From Coprococcus eutactus (GTDB lineage: Bacteria; Bacillota; Clostridia; Oscillospirales; Butyricicoccaceae): a stretch of DNA of 14,065 nucleotides. How positions within the stretch are numbered: the stretch's first letter is position 1; each line of letters begins with the position of its first letter. This document shows positions 1 to 7,412 of this stretch, in pieces. The stretch spans positions 1 through 14,065 of the forward strand of contig CAVIRF010000042.1 in NCBI GenBank assembly GCA_963645185.1. Reading direction: 5' to 3'. The translations under genes and the position numbers were made by a program. The notes under the pieces are model-generated. The model saw only the letters and a program-made list of their open reading frames with translations, was not told the DNA's origin and ran no database searches.

Positions 1-137
1 TCGTGCTAGATGGATTATTCGGTTTTTGTGTGCAACTTGTTATTGCAATTTATATGAAAAATATACAAAAGGAAACGCAGAAATTTAGTCGGGATTTATA
101 CGGCCTGTCGAAAATAGACCAAAAGAGACGAAAGTGA

Positions 138-166
138 TTGACAAATGCGGCGCAAAGTTCTATCAT
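138..166 (+). promoter_or_regulatory. SigA/sigma70-type promoter driving the cstA leader
   Basis: TTGACA (138-143), 17-nt spacer, TATCAT (161-166). The predicted transcription start near 173 lies about 15 nt before the first helix of the leader RNA. Confidence 0.55.
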
Positions 167-187
167 AAAAACCGTCAAAAGGATAAA

Positions 188-500
188 TGCTTTGAACAGG
201 ACACGATTTCCTGTATCACCGCTTTCAGAAAGCCGTCGGTTGTGTGAGACGGCAGCAAGGCACGGAGAAATTATCCCCTGCGAGCAGCTCGAACGAAAGA
301 AAAAGAGTAGTAGTTCGAGACGGAAACCTCCGTTACAGGGTCACGCTTTCCGGCGCAGCGGCACCGGGCGGCGGATGAGCGGCCGGATTTTCTCCGGCAA
401 GCAGAGTGGTAACGCGGAAGTGTAACCGACCGAGTCGGAAATGCCTTCGTCTTTGCAGGTTCTCCCGAAAGAGAGAGCAGGTAAAGACGAGGGCTTTTTT
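188..500 (+). promoter_or_regulatory. T-box riboswitch leader (tRNA-sensing transcription attenuator); candidate specifier AUU (Ile)
   Basis: K-turn at the stem I base: UGC 188-190 pairs with GCA 284-286, UUU loop 191-193, sheared G194-A283 and A195-G282, then CAGG 197-200 pairs with CCUG 277-280. AG-bay-like AGAAA 227-231 is followed by hairpin GCCGUC 232-237 / GACGGC 248-253 with loop GGUUGUGUGA, resembling the stem I distal loop. GAA-AUU-A at 267-273 sits on the 3' side of the internal loop. Stem III hairpin is GCCGGA 382-387 / UCCGGC 393-398. T-box core GCAGAGUGGUAACGCGG (401-417) resembles the consensus GGGUGGUACCGCG. The antiterminator has helix A1 401-406/451-456, a 7-nt bulge UGGUAAC 407-413, and helix A2 414-418/446-450. 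Residues 446-456 are also the 5' arm of the terminator, so the two folds exclude each other. Confidence 0.65.
443..500 (+). terminator. Intrinsic terminator (attenuator) of the cstA leader
   Basis: 14-bp outer stem, GCCUUCGUCUUUGC 443-456 with GUAAAGACGAGGGC 481-494 (includes G-U pairs). An inner UCUC...GAGA extension surrounds a GAAA loop. The stem is followed by UUUUUU 495-500, 66 nt upstream of the cstA ATG. Confidence 0.8.
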
Positions 501-566
501 AGTGCCTGCTTTTCACGCTCATTGACAGAAAAGCCGCAAATCCAAACGGAAAAGAGAAGAAAAGAC

Positions 567-2309
567 ATGAACACACTCACAATCGTGCTGATCGCGGCTG
601 TTGTTCTCGCTTGCGCCTATGTATTCTATGGACGCTGGCTCGCGAACAAATGGGGCATTGATCCCAAGGCCAAGACCCCGGCCGTCGAGTTCAACGACGG
701 CAAGGACTACGTCCCGACCAACGGCTGGACGGTATTCAGCCATCAGTTTTCGTCCATCGCAGGCGCAGGCCCTGTAACCGGTGCAATTCAGGCCGCAGCC
801 TTCGGCTGGCTGCCGGTACTGCTCTGGGTACTGATCGGCGGCGCGTTCTTCGGCGCTGTCACGGACTTCGGCGCACTGTACGCTTCGGTCAAGAACAAGG
901 GCAAGTCGATGGGCATGCTCATCGAGAAGTACATCGGCAAGACCGGCCGTCGCCTGTTCCTCATCTTTGAGTGGATCTTCTGCTGCATCGTTATCGCGGC
1001 GTTCGCCGACATGGTAGCCGGCACGTTCAATGCTTTCGCAGCCAACGACGCAGGCGTTATGGAGCTGTCCCCGGCGGCTCAGACCAACGGCGCTGCCGGC
1101 ATGGTCTCCATCATGTTTATGGTATTCGCTGTTGTATTCGGCCTCATCCAGAAGAAGTTTGACTTCAAGGGCTGGAAGGAAGTCGTTCTCGGCATCGTAT
1201 TCATCATCCTGTCCTTTGTCATCGGCGCGCACTGCCCGCTGATCTTCGGCAAGGCAGCATGGAGCTACATCACCTTCATCTACATCTTCTTCGCAGCGGT
1301 CCTCCCGATGTGGCTGCTCAAGCAGCCGCGCGACTACATGACGACCTTCATGTTCATCTGCATGATCGCCGGTGCAGTCGTCGGTCTGGTCGTTGCACAC
1401 CCGACCATGAACCTGCCGGTATTCACCGGTTTCAACAATGAGAACCTCGGCACCATGTTCCCGATCCTGTTCGTCACGGTTGCGTGCGGCGCGGTTTCCG
1501 GCTTCCACAGCCTGGTTTCCTCCGGTACGTCCTCCAAGACCATCGAGAACGAAAAGGACATGCCGAAGGTAGGCTACGGCGCAATGGTACTGGAAAGCCT
1601 GCTGGCAGTGCTCGCTCTGTGCGTTGCCGGTGCGGCAGCCGCAGCAGACGGCACCCCGGCGGCAGGCACGCCGTTCCAGGTATTCAGCAGCGGCGTTGCA
1701 GGCTTCTTCGAAATGTTCGGTGTTCCGGTTTATGTTGCAACCGTATTCATGACCATGTGCGTTTCCGCGCTGGCGCTGACCAGTCTGGATGCAGTTGCCC
1801 GTATCGGCCGCATGGCTTTCCAGGAGCTGTTCTCCGTTGACGACATGGAGCACGCAGAGGGCTGGAGAAAGCTGTTCTGCAACGTTTATTTCTCCACCAT
1901 CCTCACGCTGGCGTTCGGCTATGTGCTGACCAAGGTTGGCTACGCAAACATCTGGCCGCTGTTCGGTTCCGCAAACCAGCTGCTGAGCGCTCTGGTACTC
2001 ATCACGCTGTGCGTATTCCTCAAGGTCACCGGCCGCAGCAACAAGATGATCTTCCCGCCGCTGATCATCATGCTGTGCGTCACCTTCACCGCTCTGGTAC
2101 AGCGCCTGATCGCGATGGTAAAGGCGATCTCCGCTGCCGCTTCGACGGCTATCCCGGCTGGCGAGACCACGTGGGGCGCGGTATTCATCGCAAACGGCCT
2201 TCAGCTTATCCTCGCGGTTCTGCTGATCGTGCTCGGTCTGACGATCGTTATCCATTCGTTCAAGACCTACGCGAAGAGCGAAAAGAACAGCGAAAGCGCA
2301 AAGGCATAA
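567..2309 (+). CDS. cstA: Carbon starvation protein A family transporter (CstA; peptide/pyruvate transporter family)
   Basis: The N-terminus [33 protein letters not shown] and the motif [25 protein letters not shown]...GAVTDFG match the canonical CstA signature. The protein is polytopic and hydrophobic throughout. I trimmed the ORF-track start (441) to ATG 567 because 441-566 lies in the terminator and leader, and MNT... is the usual CstA N-terminus. Confidence 0.92.
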   Translation: MNTLTIVLIAAVVLACAYVFYGRWLANKWGIDPKAKTPAVEFNDGKDYVPTNGWTVFSHQFSSIAGAGPVTGAIQAAAFGWLPVLLWVLIGGAFFGAVTDFGALYASVKNKGKSMGMLIEKYIGKTGRRLFLIFEWIFCCIVIAAFADMVAGTFNAFAANDAGVMELSPAAQTNGAAGMVSIMFMVFAVVFGLIQKKFDFKGWKEVVLGIVFIILSFVIGAHCPLIFGKAAWSYITFIYIFFAAVLPMWLLKQPRDYMTTFMFICMIAGAVVGLVVAHPTMNLPVFTGFNNENLGTMFPILFVTVACGAVSGFHSLVSSGTSSKTIENEKDMPKVGYGAMVLESLLAVLALCVAGAAAAADGTPAAGTPFQVFSSGVAGFFEMFGVPVYVATVFMTMCVSALALTSLDAVARIGRMAFQELFSVDDMEHAEGWRKLFCNVYFSTILTLAFGYVLTKVGYANIWPLFGSANQLLSALVLITLCVFLKVTGRSNKMIFPPLIIMLCVTFTALVQRLIAMVKAISAAASTAIPAGETTWGAVFIANGLQLILAVLLIVLGLTIVIHSFKTYAKSEKNSESAKA

Positions 2310-2325
2310 GACAGTCATTAAAAAT

Positions 2326-2361
2326 CCGGCTTTCTTTCGAGAGAGCCGGGTTTTTCTTTTT
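2326..2361 (+). terminator. Intrinsic terminator after cstA
   Basis: 10-bp stem, CCGGCUUUCU 2326-2335 with AGAGAGCCGG 2340-2349, closing a UUCG tetraloop. It is followed by a U-rich run, GUUUUUCUUUUU. Confidence 0.75.
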
Positions 2362-2371
2362 GCCGCCGGTA

Positions 2372-2380
2372 TGCTATAAT
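2372..2380 (+). promoter_or_regulatory. Possible extended -10 promoter for moaC
   Basis: TGcTATAAT at 2372-2380, 28 nt upstream of the moaC ATG. There is no good -35 (T-rich only), so the call rests on the extended -10 alone. Confidence 0.35.
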
Positions 2381-2407
2381 AAAAGAAAAAGCAACGGAGG
2401 CGGAGAT

Positions 2408-2884
2408 ATGGAACTGACCCATCTGGACGAAACGGGCGCGGCGCGCATGGTGGACGTAGGGGAGAAGCCGATCACGCGGCGCACGGCCTGCGCGCAGTCG
2501 GTCATTACGATGAAGCCGGAGACGCTTCGCATGATCTGTGAGGACCGCGCGCCCAAGGGCGACGTTTTCGCGTGTGCGCGCATCGCAGGCATCATGGCGG
2601 CGAAAAAAACGAGCGAGCTTATCCCGATGTGCCATCCCATCCCCATCGAGAGCGTGAAGATCGACATGGAAGCCATCTCGGACACGCAGGTGCGCATTGT
2701 CAGCACGCTGCGCTGCTCGCACAAGACCGGCATCGAAATGGAGGCGCTGACGGCGGCATCCATCGCGGCGCTGACGATCTACGATATGTGCAAGGCGGTC
2801 GACCGCGGCATGCGCATCGACGAAACGCTGCTGCTGCACAAGGACGGCGGCAGGAGCGGAGAATACAGCAGAACGAACGAATAA
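2408..2884 (+). CDS. moaC: Cyclic pyranopterin monophosphate synthase MoaC
   Basis: Collinear with E. coli MoaC: [70 protein letters not shown] at 2396-2400. Start trimmed from the ORF-track 2009 to ATG 2408. Confidence 0.95.
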   Translation: MELTHLDETGAARMVDVGEKPITRRTACAQSVITMKPETLRMICEDRAPKGDVFACARIAGIMAAKKTSELIPMCHPIPIESVKIDMEAISDTQVRIVSTLRCSHKTGIEMEALTAASIAALTIYDMCKAVDRGMRIDETLLLHKDGGRSGEYSRTNE

Positions 2885-2903
2885 GCCGCAGGGAGCGAGA
2901 AAA

Positions 2904-3830
2904 ATGAACCTTTTAGAGCAATTTCAGACGATAAAAGAGAACGCGGAGCGCGGCCTTGCGTCGACGCTGCACTTTGAGGCGGAGGGCGCGGAGCTCGTGC
3001 GCAATTTCCGCCCGAATGAGCGGCTGATCCTGCTCGGTGGCGGCAACATCGCGCAGCCGCTCTGCCGCTACGCCGCCGACCTCGGCTTTGAGGTCACTGT
3101 GGCGGACGACCGTCCGACGTTCGCGAACCGGCCGCGCTTTCCGGAAGCGCACACGGTGTACTGCGATCTGTTCGAGGGCGCGATAGATCGAATTGGCATC
3201 GGCGAGGGCGATTATGTCGCGGTCATCACGCGCGGACACCGCTACGATGCGGACTGCCTGCGCAAGATCCTGCGCGGCACGATGCCGAAATACCTCGGCA
3301 TGATCGGCTCAAAGCGGCGCACGGTCGGCCTGCTGAACCTGCTCGAGAGCGAGGGCTTCGACCGGGCGCAGCTGGACGCCATTCACACGCCCATCGGTCT
3401 GGACATCGGCGCGCTGACCGTCAAGGAGATCGCGATCTCCATCGTGGCGGAGCTCATCGCCTGCCGCCGCGCGGACACAAACCGCCGCTCGCACAGCAGC
3501 ATCATGACGAGCGAGGACATCGACCTGCCGCTGCTGCGCTACGTCGCGGACGAGAGCATCGACAAGGTGCTCATGCTCGTGTACGACACGAGCGGCTCGA
3601 CGCCGGTGAAATCCGGCTCCTTCATGGCGGTGGACAGCTCGACGAAGTTCATGGGCACGATCGGCGGCGGATGCAGCGAGAGCGCCGTCCTGCGGCAGGC
3701 CTATTACCTCATCGGCACGGGCGAGAGCAGGTGTGTGACCATCGACATGTCGAACGATGTGGCGGAAAAGGAGGGCATGGTCTGCGGCGGACAGATGAAG
3801 GTGCTGCTCGCAGATCTTTCGAAACAATAA
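2904..3830 (+). CDS. xdhC: XdhC/CoxI-family molybdenum-hydroxylase maturation (accessory) protein with swapped domain order
   Basis: Rossmann-type XdhC_C motifs come first: LILLGGGNIAQPL, VITRGHRYD, YLGMIGSKRR, IHTPIGLDIGALTVKEIAISIVAELIA. XdhC_CoxI motifs follow near the C-terminus: GTIGGGCSESAV and GMVCGGQMKVLL. GGGAG RBS upstream; the gene starts 19 nt after the moaC stop, so the two are likely co-transcribed. Confidence 0.85.
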   Translation: MNLLEQFQTIKENAERGLASTLHFEAEGAELVRNFRPNERLILLGGGNIAQPLCRYAADLGFEVTVADDRPTFANRPRFPEAHTVYCDLFEGAIDRIGIGEGDYVAVITRGHRYDADCLRKILRGTMPKYLGMIGSKRRTVGLLNLLESEGFDRAQLDAIHTPIGLDIGALTVKEIAISIVAELIACRRADTNRRSHSSIMTSEDIDLPLLRYVADESIDKVLMLVYDTSGSTPVKSGSFMAVDSSTKFMGTIGGGCSESAVLRQAYYLIGTGESRCVTIDMSNDVAEKEGMVCGGQMKVLLADLSKQ

Positions 3831-3831
3831 G

Positions 3832-3879
3832 AAAAAGACGAACGATACCGGTTTCTCTCGGGTTATCGTTCGTCTTTTT
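3832..3879. terminator. Bidirectional intrinsic terminator between convergent genes
   Basis: AAAAAGACGAACGAUA 3832-3847 pairs with UAUCGUUCGUCUUUUU 3864-3879, with an inner CCG/CGG extension. A-tract and U-tract flanks allow termination in both directions. Confidence 0.8.
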
Positions 3880-3885
3880 GCTTGC

Positions 3886-4362
3886 TTATTTCGGAAGGGA
3901 AACGCTGTGCGTCTCGCCGTTTTCCGTCCAGTGCACCTCGTCGTCCTGCACGAACAGGCCGGTGCAGCGTCGTCCGCCTGCATTCAGAAAGATCGCGCGG
4001 CCGTCCTGCGTGAGCAGGTAGAGGTTATAATAGTAGTCCGCGGCGTCGCGGTTGCCTGCGGTGTGGCCGAACACAAAGCCGACCATCGCGCCGCCCTCCA
4101 GACGGACATAATTCGTGAAATCGAAGCCGGAGTAGGGCGTCGAGGCGAGGTCAGAGGCCTTCATGCGCTCGCGGTCGTGCTGATAGGCAGGCGTTTCGGT
4201 ATACGCGCCGCCGGGGTAGAGCGCGTCGCAGGACAGATATTTTCTGCCGGGCAGGCAGCAGGCGCTCTGCGCAGGCGCAGCCGCCGCGCCGAGCGGCGTG
4301 CCGCAGTACATGCAGAATTTCGCGCCGTCCGGCAGCGCCTTTCCGCAGTTCATACAAAACAT
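3886..4362 (-). CDS. Zinc-ribbon domain protein, function unknown
   Basis: The N-terminus MFCMNCGKALPDGAKFCMYCGTPL is a CxxC-x10-CxxC zinc ribbon. GGAGAG RBS lies 6 nt before the ATG. The gene starts 12 nt after the stop of the upstream exported-protein gene. Confidence 0.7.
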   Translation of the reverse strand: MFCMNCGKALPDGAKFCMYCGTPLGAAAAPAQSACCLPGRKYLSCDALYPGGAYTETPAYQHDRERMKASDLASTPYSGFDFTNYVRLEGGAMVGFVFGHTAGNRDAADYYYNLYLLTQDGRAIFLNAGGRRCTGLFVQDDEVHWTENGETHSVSLPK

Positions 4363-4374
4363 AGGGGTCTCTCC

Positions 4375-5835
4375 TTATTTCATGTAGGCCGTGATGCCGT
4401 TCGCGTCCATCCACGTGCGCTTGTGCTGCATCAGCGTGTCAAGCACGGGATCGGTGCGCGAAAAACGTTCGCTGAGGTACTTTTGCAGCTTGAACAGGTC
4501 GTCGTAGGTGAGGTAGGGGTAGTCGATATTGCCGTACTCGCCGGTCTGCGAGACCTGATAGTGCAGGTTGTCGTCCGGCAGGACCCAGTCCTCGCCGGTC
4601 TCATCGACCGCGAGCAGCATTTTGTCCGCGAGCGTTCGCAGACTGTCGTCCGCGAGCGTGTCGGCCGCCTTGTACAGCAGCAGGATCTCCGCAAGCTGAT
4701 GGTTCAGACTGGTGTGCGAGACGTTCGACATGTCCTCATGCCAGTAATCCGGGATAAACCAGCCGCTGAGACCGGTCTCGGAATGATAATTCGACGCGAA
4801 ATCCTCGAAAAAGTCGCTGTAGCGGCGCAGCGAATCCCGATAGACATCCGAGGGGAAGCGGTACTCCGCGAGCAGCAGCAGGCTTGCAAACTCGGTATTG
4901 AAACGCGTGTCGTAGAAACCGGCGCCGATGCCGTAATCGCCCTCGAGCCATGTGCTGCCCGACAGCGTCGGCCAGTAACCGGCGTCGCTCTGCTCGGAGA
5001 TCATCGTGTCGAGCATGGCGATGCTGAGGTCGCGCGCCGTGCGGCTCGAACCGGCCTGATAGAGAAAGCTCTTAATAAGGTAGGAGGCCGGGTTGCGGAA
5101 GAAAACGCGGTCGCCGGTCGGAATGTAGGTTTCGGGCGAGGGGGCGTAATATCCGTCGAAGCACCAGCGGCCGTCACCGGCGTTGCGGTAGGTGCTCCAG
5201 AGCGCCGGGATGCCGTCGCGCGCCCAGTCGATGCCGCTGCTGTCCGCGACGGCCAGATAAGTAAAGTCCGCCGCACTGCTGCCCTCCATGCGCGGCGCGC
5301 AGAACGTCAGCCGCCAGCCGTTTTTCGTCTGGGCGGCTTCGATCCAGCCGAGCCAGTTGTCCGCGAGCTGACGCGAGCCGTTCTCGCGGAACGCCCAGAC
5401 CTGCGGCGTGTAGCACAGCGCGGAAAAATCGCTGCCCGTGAGGAAAAAGGCGGTGTTGGAGTGGTATTTTCCGGTGTGGATGGGCTCGTCGTGCCAGACC
5501 TGACCGTCATACCACCGCACGGAAAGCGTGTCGTCCGCGATTTCGGTGGACCAGACCGCACGGGGCCGCAGGGTGTGGCGCGTGGTCTGAAAGCTGCCCA
5601 TCACGCAGCGGTCCTCGTCTCCGAGCGTCCAGCCGCGCAGCAGAAGGACGTTGCTGCCCTGCGGCAGATTGGTCTGGCTGACCTCGACGGTCTCATCACC
5701 GACTTCGTATGTATTCGCGACCGTGCCGAACAGCGCGTCATCCTGCGCGCCTAAGCGCAGCGGCGTGCGGCAGACGCACAGCGCAAGAATGACCGGAACT
5801 GAGGCGAACAGGCAGATTCGTTGCAGAAGTTTCAA
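4375..5835 (-). CDS. Exported or membrane-anchored protein of unknown function (about 486 aa)
   Basis: Long minus-strand ORF. I place the start at TTG 5835-5833 because an AGGAGA RBS (5849-5844) sits 8 nt upstream. The product then begins MKLLQRICLFASVPVILALCVC, a signal-peptide-like N-terminus. The ORF-track extension to 6009 would overlap its own promoter. The C-terminal half (GFYDTRFNTEFA, SHTSLNHQLAEILLLYK) loosely recalls alpha/alpha-toroid epimerase or glycosidase-like folds. I cannot assign a family. Confidence 0.7.
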   Translation of the reverse strand: MKLLQRICLFASVPVILALCVCRTPLRLGAQDDALFGTVANTYEVGDETVEVSQTNLPQGSNVLLLRGWTLGDEDRCVMGSFQTTRHTLRPRAVWSTEIADDTLSVRWYDGQVWHDEPIHTGKYHSNTAFFLTGSDFSALCYTPQVWAFRENGSRQLADNWLGWIEAAQTKNGWRLTFCAPRMEGSSAADFTYLAVADSSGIDWARDGIPALWSTYRNAGDGRWCFDGYYAPSPETYIPTGDRVFFRNPASYLIKSFLYQAGSSRTARDLSIAMLDTMISEQSDAGYWPTLSGSTWLEGDYGIGAGFYDTRFNTEFASLLLLAEYRFPSDVYRDSLRRYSDFFEDFASNYHSETGLSGWFIPDYWHEDMSNVSHTSLNHQLAEILLLYKAADTLADDSLRTLADKMLLAVDETGEDWVLPDDNLHYQVSQTGEYGNIDYPYLTYDDLFKLQKYLSERFSRTDPVLDTLMQHKRTWMDANGITAYMK

Positions 5836-5907
5836 TAAAATGTTCTCCTTTTGCAAAATCGGTATCGCTTTCACAGAAAAGGGAAAGCGGCGGAATATGG
5901 TGCATTC

Positions 5908-5936
5908 AGTATAGCACAGGGCACCGAAAAAGGCAA
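5908..5936 (-). promoter_or_regulatory. Promoter for the exported-protein / zinc-ribbon operon
   Basis: Minus strand reads TTGCCT (5936-5931), 17-nt spacer, TGcTATACT with the -10 at 5913-5908. Confidence 0.5.
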
Positions 5937-5942
5937 CATGCA

Positions 5943-5971
5943 TTGACGAAGCGTGCCCGGCTTGGTATGAT
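5943..5971 (+). promoter_or_regulatory. Promoter for the small acidic protein gene (divergent from the previous promoter)
   Basis: TTGACG (5943-5948), 17-nt spacer, TGgTATGAT with the -10 at 5966-5971, about 30 nt upstream of ATG 6003. Confidence 0.5.
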
Positions 5972-6002
5972 AAAGGCATAACGCGAAAAGGGGAGAGCAG
6001 AC

Positions 6003-6218
6003 ATGGCAAAGATCATTGAATTCGGCACCGCGCCTGACATCGACGCGATGGACGCCGACGCGCTTCGGGACTATCTCGGGGAGATACGCGAGCGCATCGC
6101 GCGCCTCGACGAGGCCGAGCCGGAGGACATGGCGTCCGAGGCCTACGACGAGTGGAGCGAGCAGCACGAAAAGCTGGAGGACATTGCGGACGATATTCTC
6201 GACCGTCTCGAGGAGTAA
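6003..6218 (+). CDS. Small, highly acidic hypothetical protein (71 aa)
   Basis: GGGGAG RBS before ATG 6003, with its own promoter and terminator. I count 25 Asp/Glu and 7 Lys/Arg in 71 residues. The sequence looks predominantly helical. I recognise no family. Confidence 0.6.
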   Translation: MAKIIEFGTAPDIDAMDADALRDYLGEIRERIARLDEAEPEDMASEAYDEWSEQHEKLEDIADDILDRLEE

Positions 6219-6219
6219 G

Positions 6220-6264
6220 AAAAGCCGGAGAGCAGGGAACAAAATCCCAAGCTCTCCGGCTTTT
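6220..6264. terminator. Bidirectional intrinsic terminator (acidic protein gene / ferredoxin gene)
   Basis: AAAAGCCGGAGAGC 6220-6233 pairs with GCUCUCCGGCUUUU 6251-6264. A/U tracts lie on both sides, between convergent stops at 6218 and 6265. Confidence 0.8.
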
Positions 6265-6450
6265 TCAATCTGTCCACGAAATCGCCGCCGTGGGGCAGGC
6301 GTCGATGGCCTCCTGTACGGCGTCGCGGTTTTCTTCCGCCGTATCGAGCGCGTAGGCCTTGCCGACATCGTTCAGCTCGGACACGGCAGGTGCGATATTG
6401 GTGCACAGGCCGCAGCCGATGCAGGCGTCATCGTTTACACAAGCGTTCAC
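6265..6450 (-). CDS. Small ferredoxin (single [4Fe-4S]/[3Fe-4S] cluster type)
   Basis: 61 aa with the motif CIGCGLC ... CP (C-x2-C-x2-C, then a distal Cys-Pro). GTG start preceded by AGGAGG 9 nt upstream. Confidence 0.85.
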   Translation of the reverse strand: MNACVNDDACIGCGLCTNIAPAVSELNDVGKAYALDTAEENRDAVQEAIDACPTAAISWTD

Positions 6451-6498
6451 AGCAATCCGCCTCCTTTTCGGGAGAAGTATAACCGGAAAGCAGGGGCG

Positions 6499-7374
6499 TT
6501 ATTCGCGGCTGAAAAATCGGTAAAACACAAACAGGAGCAGCAGGTACAGCGCAGCGGTGCAGAGGGCAGTAAATTGAAAATTCTCGACATATACATCATG
6601 CCAGTTGACTGCGTGCCGGGCAAACCCCGTTCCATAGCTGATGGAACTCTGTATGTACGAAGGCCTGTCGCGGCTGCTCAGCAGATCGCTTTCATCGGCG
6701 GTGAGCTCTTCGCCGCAGAGCTGTTTGGTTGCCGAAGGAAAGACCTTCACCACATCGAGATAGCTTTCGAGCTCGGCTCTGCTTTGAAAATTCCAACGCA
6801 GGTCATCCGATTTGATTTCGTAATGGTCGGTTTCCTCGACCGGGGTCTGCGCTGTCCATTCGGTTCCGTCGATGCACACGCGGTTCAGACTCAAAATCTT
6901 CCAGTATTCCGTTGTCACGAGTTTTCCGTAAAGCTCTATGGAGCTGCCGCCCGGACAGGCGTAGAGAGCGCGCAGATCGTCGGCGGCGAAATCGGTGAAA
7001 TCAAGGGAATAATCGCTGTCGACACAATATGCGAACAGGCCGGAGCGCTGCACGGTCTGGTTTCCCTGTGCGTCCTTATACTGAAGAATGACCGGCGTTT
7101 CCCATCCGTCTTGACTGGAGGCAATGGTCAGAAAAGCGCGGAGCTGATACCAGTCCGGCGTGCCGGAGACCGGCATGCTGTCCGGGCGGAGACCATGTTC
7201 AGACAGGAAGGTTTCCACATCGTTCGGCGCGTGCATCGTCCACATAAATGCGCTGTCCAGAGCATCGGTTTTTATCTTCTGTACGCCGAAATACACGAAC
7301 GGCGCGAAAAGCAATGCGAGCGTTATCGCGGCGAGCAAGGTCTGCCGCGCGGCTTTGCTGAACCGTTTTTTCAT
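6499..7374 (-). CDS. Membrane protein of unknown function (N- and C-terminal TM helices)
   Basis: MKKRFSKAARQTLLAAITLALLFAPFVYFGV forms the N-terminal TM or signal anchor. TALCTAALYLLLLFVFYRFF forms the C-terminal TM. The roughly 230-aa middle region is soluble. GGAGGGGA RBS precedes the ATG. The gene starts 38 nt after the guaD stop with no terminator between. Confidence 0.7.
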   Translation of the reverse strand: MKKRFSKAARQTLLAAITLALLFAPFVYFGVQKIKTDALDSAFMWTMHAPNDVETFLSEHGLRPDSMPVSGTPDWYQLRAFLTIASSQDGWETPVILQYKDAQGNQTVQRSGLFAYCVDSDYSLDFTDFAADDLRALYACPGGSSIELYGKLVTTEYWKILSLNRVCIDGTEWTAQTPVEETDHYEIKSDDLRWNFQSRAELESYLDVVKVFPSATKQLCGEELTADESDLLSSRDRPSYIQSSISYGTGFARHAVNWHDVYVENFQFTALCTAALYLLLLFVFYRFFSRE

Positions 7375-7412
7375 ATGATCCCCTCCAGCAACGGAATTGT
7401 CCTATCCTGCTG

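Noticed and set aside
43-67. AT-rich inverted repeat TATAT-n5-ATATA and repeated TTGCAA upstream of the cstA promoter; possible operator.
   Set aside because: These are very short, low-complexity AT palindromes expected by chance in AT-rich intergenic DNA, and there is no recognisable regulator consensus.
333-380. ZTP (pfl)-riboswitch-like strings GGGUC ... CACCGGGCGGCGGA in the cstA leader.
   Set aside because: The obligatory downstream CCGCCUGGGC pseudoknot partner is absent. The region fits better as the stem II / IIA-B portion of a T-box.
138-425. 95-aa ORF upstream of cstA.
   Set aside because: Its TTG start is the -35 hexamer of the promoter. The whole ORF lies within the structured T-box leader, and the product is basic and low in complexity.
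519-2318. 599-aa ORF antisense to cstA. Similar long antisense or out-of-frame ORFs occur at 3907-5754 (+), 6016-7680 (+), 8097-8831 (+), 9365-10918 (-) and 11066-11860 (-).
   Set aside because: Each mirrors a gene with strong family-level identity on the other strand. The translations are Arg/Ala/Gly/His-rich and low in complexity, as expected for shadow frames in GC-rich coding DNA. None has a convincing RBS. 6016-7680 would run across a terminator and three real genes.
2310-2407. Possible Moco (molybdenum cofactor) riboswitch upstream of moaC.
   Set aside because: Only about 98 nt are available, and most is taken by the cstA terminator and a -10 element. I saw no Moco-motif-like conserved helices.
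6451-6498. Small hairpin CUCC-cgaaaa-GGAG overlapping the ferredoxin SD; possible translational control.
   Set aside because: It has only 4-5 bp and is not distinguishable from chance.
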